Shown: positions 56,027 to 59,607 of the stretch, one piece after another | How positions within the stretch are numbered: the first letter of the stretch is position 1 | How the letters are laid out: every line of letters starts with the position of its first letter | Source of the DNA: Dehalococcoidia bacterium | GTDB taxonomy: Bacteria; Chloroflexota; Dehalococcoidia; Dehalococcoidales; BS750m-G39 | Direction: 5' to 3' | Length of the DNA stretch: 59,607 nucleotides | Assembly (NCBI GenBank): GCA_011176635.1 | Contig: DUEC01000027.1 | Coordinates: forward strand, 1-59,607 | Notes under the pieces: generated by a model | Told to the model about the DNA's origin: nothing | Database searches by the model: none | What the model saw: the letters and a program-made list of their open reading frames with translations, nothing else | Program-made: the position numbers and the translations under genes

Positions 56027-56206
56027 ATGGCTGAAGAATATAAAATAGGGGACATGGCAGAAAAGATCAAGATACTTAAAAAGACAGCCACCGAGCTAAA
56101 GCGTATCTCGGGAGGGATTCAGGCCGTAGACAGAAACGTCGACCGCATCCTGGCCAGCATCAAGATGCTGGAGATAAACGTCAGCGATATTAAAGGTCTC
56201 CTTTAG
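56027..56206 (+). CDS. Possible small helical protein (59 aa)
   Basis: The ATG is 5 nt after AAGGAG and 1 nt after the PaaK-like stop. Sequence: MAEEYKIGDMAEKIKILKKTATELKRISGGIQAVDRNVDRILASIKMLEINVSDIKGLL. It falls below the ORF-track length cutoff. Confidence 0.45.
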   Translation: MAEEYKIGDMAEKIKILKKTATELKRISGGIQAVDRNVDRILASIKMLEINVSDIKGLL

Positions 56207-56208
56207 TC

Positions 56209-56859
56209 TTAGCCCTTTTTCATCTGGTCGAACAGCCAGGAGACCCACTGGTCAATCCCCTCGCCGGTGGTACAGGAAATGGGGAAAACCTTCACCTTCT
56301 GGTTTATCCCCCGAATAGTCTTACTAAAAGCGTCAACATCGAATTTCAGGTAGGGCAGCAGGTCAACCTTGTTGATGAGCACGGCGTCCGCCTGGTGGAA
56401 CATCAGGGGATACTTGAAGGGCTTGTCGTCGCCCTCGGGGGTACTGGAGATTAAAACCCTTATATTTTCACCGAGGGTAAACTCAGCGGGGCAGACCAGA
56501 TTGCCCACGTTCTCGATAAGGAGCAGTTCAATATCCTTTAAGGGCACGCTAGGCAGAGCGCTAGAGGTCATATTGGCGTCAAGGTGACACTCCCCGCCAG
56601 TATTTATCTGTACCACGGGCACGCCTTCCTTACCTATGGCCTCGGCATCCAGGCTGGAGCTTATATCACCCTCAACGACCCCGACCCTGGTCTTACCTTT
56701 TAGCCGCTTTATGGTCTCCAGAATAAGGCTGGTCTTACCCGCCCCCGGCGAGGACATTACATTGACCACGAAGACATGGTGGCTGTCAAACAACTGCCGG
56801 TTCTTCTGCGCTATCTGCTCGTTGGCGCCCAGAATATCTTTAACCACCTTGATTTCCAT
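56209..56859 (-). CDS. hypB: Hydrogenase nickel-incorporation GTPase HypB
   Basis: 216 aa. P-loop GAGKTSL and an ENVGNLVCP motif (CH/metal site context). There is no His-rich N-terminus. Confidence 0.9.
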   Translation of the reverse strand: MEIKVVKDILGANEQIAQKNRQLFDSHHVFVVNVMSSPGAGKTSLILETIKRLKGKTRVGVVEGDISSSLDAEAIGKEGVPVVQINTGGECHLDANMTSSALPSVPLKDIELLLIENVGNLVCPAEFTLGENIRVLISSTPEGDDKPFKYPLMFHQADAVLINKVDLLPYLKFDVDAFSKTIRGINQKVKVFPISCTTGEGIDQWVSWLFDQMKKG

Positions 56860-57201
56860 TCATTCCACCTCAATGCTTTCTACGAAGAGTTCTTTACCGC
56901 CGACAATCTCTATATTATTACCCTTACAATAGGGACAAGTCCAGTCGAATTCCCCGAGCTCGAATTTTTTAGCGCAGTGGCGGCACTTAGCCGTGGTCGG
57001 GGTTACCTTGAAATTAAGCAAGGCCCCCTCCGCCGCCGTCCCCTTGCTCAAAAAATCGAAGTAGAACTGAACACACTGCCCGACCACGCCGGTCATCTCC
57101 CCGATGACCAGGTTGATTTTAGCCACGCTCTCAGCCTCGGCCTTTTCCGCCTCTCCCAGCACCAGGTCGAGCATACTCTGAGTGATACTTAATTCGTGCA
57201 T
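56860..57201 (-). CDS. hypA: Hydrogenase nickel insertion protein HypA
   Basis: 113 aa. N-terminal MHE (Ni site) and a Zn motif CxxC...CPxC (CRHC..CPYC). Confidence 0.88.
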   Translation of the reverse strand: MHELSITQSMLDLVLGEAEKAEAESVAKINLVIGEMTGVVGQCVQFYFDFLSKGTAAEGALLNFKVTPTTAKCRHCAKKFELGEFDWTCPYCKGNNIEIVGGKELFVESIEVE

Positions 57202-57204
57202 TTT

Positions 57205-58221
57205 TTAGCAAATCCTGGGCAGTAAGTCTCCGACTAACATGTCAACGATTCTGGAAGCCCCCAGCACGGTCTTCATTACCACCCGCCCCGGAGGCTCCGC
57301 CCCCACCTCCCCGATAATAGCGGATTTTTTGCCGTACCTGTTTTTCTTCATGATTTCAAGAATTCTATCGGCGTCTCCAGCCGGGACTATTGCCACCAGC
57401 TTGCCCTCGTTGGCGACATATAAAGGGTCAAAGCCCAGCATCTCGCAGGCGGCCAGGACCTCCTCCCGCAGCGGAATTTTCTCCTCTTCAATCCTGATGC
57501 TCACCCCCGACTGCTTAGCCAGCTCGTTCAAGGTAGTAGCCAGCCCTCCCCTGGTGGGGTCGCGCAGGCAGTGGATATCAGGGCTCACCTTTAGCATCTC
57601 GGCGACTAAACCGCCGAGGGGAGCGCAATCGCTTTCAAGTTTGGTAGAGAAACTCAAGCCCTCGCGCTGGCTGATTACGGCAATGCCGTGGTCGCCGATA
57701 GTCCCGCTCAAGATAACCTTGTCTCCCGGCTTGGCGTTGCTTCCGGAGACATTAATCCCTTCGGCTATTATACCGACGCCGGCGGTATTGATAAACAGCC
57801 TGTCGGCGCTGCCCCTGGGCACCACCTTGGTATCCCCGGTGATGATTGCCACCTTTGACTCCTCAGCCGCTTTTTGCACCGAGCTTACGATTCGCTCCAA
57901 CTCGCTTAGAGCCAGCCCTTCTTCAATAATGAAAGAAAGGGAGAGATAAAGCGGCTTGGCGCCGGACATAGCCAGGTCGTTCACCGTGCCGCAGACGGCC
58001 AGCTTGCCGATGTCCCCGCCGGGGAAAAATATGGGGCTGACCACATAGCTATCGGTAGTGAAAGCCAGCCGGCCGCTTAAATCAAAAACCGCCGAGTCGT
58101 CAAGCTTAGCTAAAAGAGGGTTAGCCAGAGCCTTGAGGAAGCTCTTCTCGATAAGCTCATGGGCCAGTTTGCCGCCGCCGCCGTGGGCCAGTAAAATCTT
58201 ATCCTCCAATGCCCCCTCCAT
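57205..58221 (-). CDS. hypE: Hydrogenase maturation carbamoyl dehydratase HypE
   Basis: The ORF track gives 402 aa, but the first 64 residues overlap hypD and are low-complexity. I prefer the Met at 58221 (MEGALEDKILLAHGGGGK..). AIR-synthase-like fold and the diagnostic C-terminal PRIC. Confidence 0.87.
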   Translation of the reverse strand: MEGALEDKILLAHGGGGKLAHELIEKSFLKALANPLLAKLDDSAVFDLSGRLAFTTDSYVVSPIFFPGGDIGKLAVCGTVNDLAMSGAKPLYLSLSFIIEEGLALSELERIVSSVQKAAEESKVAIITGDTKVVPRGSADRLFINTAGVGIIAEGINVSGSNAKPGDKVILSGTIGDHGIAVISQREGLSFSTKLESDCAPLGGLVAEMLKVSPDIHCLRDPTRGGLATTLNELAKQSGVSIRIEEEKIPLREEVLAACEMLGFDPLYVANEGKLVAIVPAGDADRILEIMKKNRYGKKSAIIGEVGAEPPGRVVMKTVLGASRIVDMLVGDLLPRIC

Positions 58222-59293
58222 AAAGGTAATGAGCCGAGCAACTGCCCTCGGCAGAGACCATGCAGGGTCCCACCGGGTTTTCTGGGGTGCAGGCCTTGCC
58301 GAAGAGCCGGCAATCATCCGGCGTCTTGACGCCGCGCAGGATGTCGCCGCAGATACAGCCCGCCGGCTCAACAGCCGCCCCCGGCTCGAATTCAAAGTTA
58401 GCCTCGGCATCAAAGCTCTGGTATTTATCCCTCAGCTTCAAGCCGCTATCGGCCACCACGCCTATTCCCCGCCACCTGGCCGGGCAGGGCTCGAATACCC
58501 GCTCCATTAGTTCCAATGCCTGCCGGTTGCCCTCAGGGCGCACCCCTCTCCGGTAGGCGATTTCAACACGGGACTGGCCTTTTTCCACCTGCTCCACCAG
58601 CATATCAACGCACTGCAGGATGTCCAGCGGCTCAAAGCCGGAGACGACGCAGGGAATGCCGTAGTCGGCGGCGATAAACTCCCAGGGGTGAGAGCCGATT
58701 ATGGCGCTGACATGCCCGGGGCAGACTAGTCCTTGAAGCTCGACCTCGCCGGAATCAATCAATGCCCGAATCACTGGCGGGCATAGTTTATGTAAAGAAA
58801 GCACGTAGTAGTTCTTTATCCCCTTCTCCTCCGCCTGGAGGATAGAAGCGGCAATCGTTGGGGCGGTGGTCTCAAAGCCGATGCCCAGAAAGACCACCGA
58901 GCTATCGGGGTTGTCCTCGGCTATTTCCAGGGCGTCCATGGTGGAATATACCGTCTGCACCTCGGCGCCCTCGGCCTTGGCCTTTTGCAGGCTGGAACGG
59001 CTACCGGGGACTTTGAGCATATCGCCGAAGGTGGTAATAATTACCCCAGGAATTTGAGAGAGGGCAATCGCCTTGTCCAGGTCAGCGTTGGCGGTGACAC
59101 AGATGGGGCAGCCCGGCCCCGAGACCATATCAATAGTTTAGGGTAAAACCTGGCGGATGCCGTACCTGAAGATGGTCACGGTATGGCCGCCGCAGAACTC
59201 CATGAAACGCGCCGGGGTCTGGGAGCGGCGCTGAATCCGGGAGATTAGCCCCTCGGCCAGCTCCGAGCGCCTGAATTCAGAGATAAACTTCAA
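58199..59293 (-). pseudogene. hypD: hypD (hydrogenase Fe(CN)2CO-assembly scaffold) interrupted by one in-frame TAA at 59138-59140. It could be a pseudogene, a sequencing error, a split gene or a recoding site
   Basis: The TTG at 59293 overlaps the hypC stop (TTGA). Codons 1-51 encode LKFISEFR..FMEFCGGHTVTIFRYGIRQVLP (CGGH motif). Then comes TAA, followed in the same frame by TIDMVSGPGCPICV.. (GPGCPxCV motif) through the stop at 58199. Confidence 0.8.
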
Positions 59294-59514
59294 TCCTCCA
59301 CCCCCTCGGCTATCTCCCGCAAAATCTCCAGCGTTTCTTCAGCTTCTTTCTGGTCGAGGACGTTTATGGCATAGCCGGTGTGCACCAGCACATAGTCGCC
59401 GACCTTAGCTTCGGGGGTGAGCCAGAGGCTAATGCGGCGGCTGATGCCGCCAATCTCGGCCTCGGCTTCTTTGCCCTCTATTGATGTAATCAGTGCCGGT
59501 ATGGCTAAACACAT
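59290..59514 (-). CDS. hypC: Hydrogenase assembly chaperone HypC
   Basis: The track ORF is 59290..59559. I prefer the Met at 59514 because HypC proteins begin MCLAIP (essential Cys2). 74 aa. Confidence 0.86.
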   Translation of the reverse strand: MCLAIPALITSIEGKEAEAEIGGISRRISLWLTPEAKVGDYVLVHTGYAINVLDQKEAEETLEILREIAEGVED

Positions 59515-59607
59515 ATCAAACTCCTGAGATACCCCTCCCCGCTTTAAATCTTTTCCCACCCACCGCCCAAAAGGGTTGCACCCTCTTGCACTCTCTACCC
59601 CACCACC

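Noticed and set aside
57239-57949. 236-aa plus-strand ORF
   Set aside because: It is antisense to hypE, and its translation is low-complexity and Ser/Pro/Thr/Leu-rich.
58222-58413. 64-residue N-terminal extension of hypE (402-aa ORF in the track)
   Set aside because: The extension overlaps the 3' end of hypD in another frame, is Arg/Ser/Ala-rich, and has no counterpart in HypE proteins. Those begin just before the conserved ..LAHGGGG.. segment, so I chose the Met at 58221.
59515-59559. 15-residue N-terminal extension of hypC
   Set aside because: HypC function requires an N-terminal Met-Cys (MCLAIP). The internal Met at 59514 gives exactly that, so the extension was rejected.

Overview
The window is 59.6 kb of bacterial chromosome. 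Sampled lines suggest roughly 55-57% GC, but this was not computed. Coding density is high. The gene content is that of an anaerobe: RtcB/archease, hypCDEAB hydrogenase maturation genes, a tungsten-type aldehyde:ferredoxin oxidoreductase, a 2-hydroxyacyl-CoA dehydratase with its activase, corrinoid methyltransferases and a SipW/TasA-like operon. This is reminiscent of Chloroflexota/Dehalococcoidia-like genomes, which is inference only. Housekeeping blocks are leuD-leuB-cimA, archease-rtcB-cysK, a Sir2 deacetylase, an Opp/Dpp-type ABC transporter and the hyp genes. The most interesting region is a ~5.2-kb islet integrated into the 3' end of tRNA-Lys(CTT) at 22388-27652. It is bounded by 63-bp direct repeats and carries a tyrosine integrase. 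Its cargo is a visibly AT-rich, translationally coupled three-gene operon: a DndC-like PP-loop/Fe-S protein, a GHKL (MORC/Hsp90-like) ATPase and an orphan 335-aa protein. I cannot match this combination to a described DNA-modification or defence system. Other notable features: (1) a sipW operon with three TasA/camelysin-like secreted proteins, the last carrying a CARDB domain, a TM anchor and a Trp/Arg-repeat tail; (2) five cupin-family paralogues (seven cupin domains) spread through a catabolic-looking region; (3) a five-gene operon joining a radical-SAM enzyme, an archaeal-type ThyA-like protein and a B3/B4 tRNA-binding-domain protein; (4) two unrelated lipoproteins that share a near-identical signal peptide and Thr/Pro-repeat module; (5) hypD interrupted by a single in-frame TAA. 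I saw no rRNA, CRISPR array or transposase.
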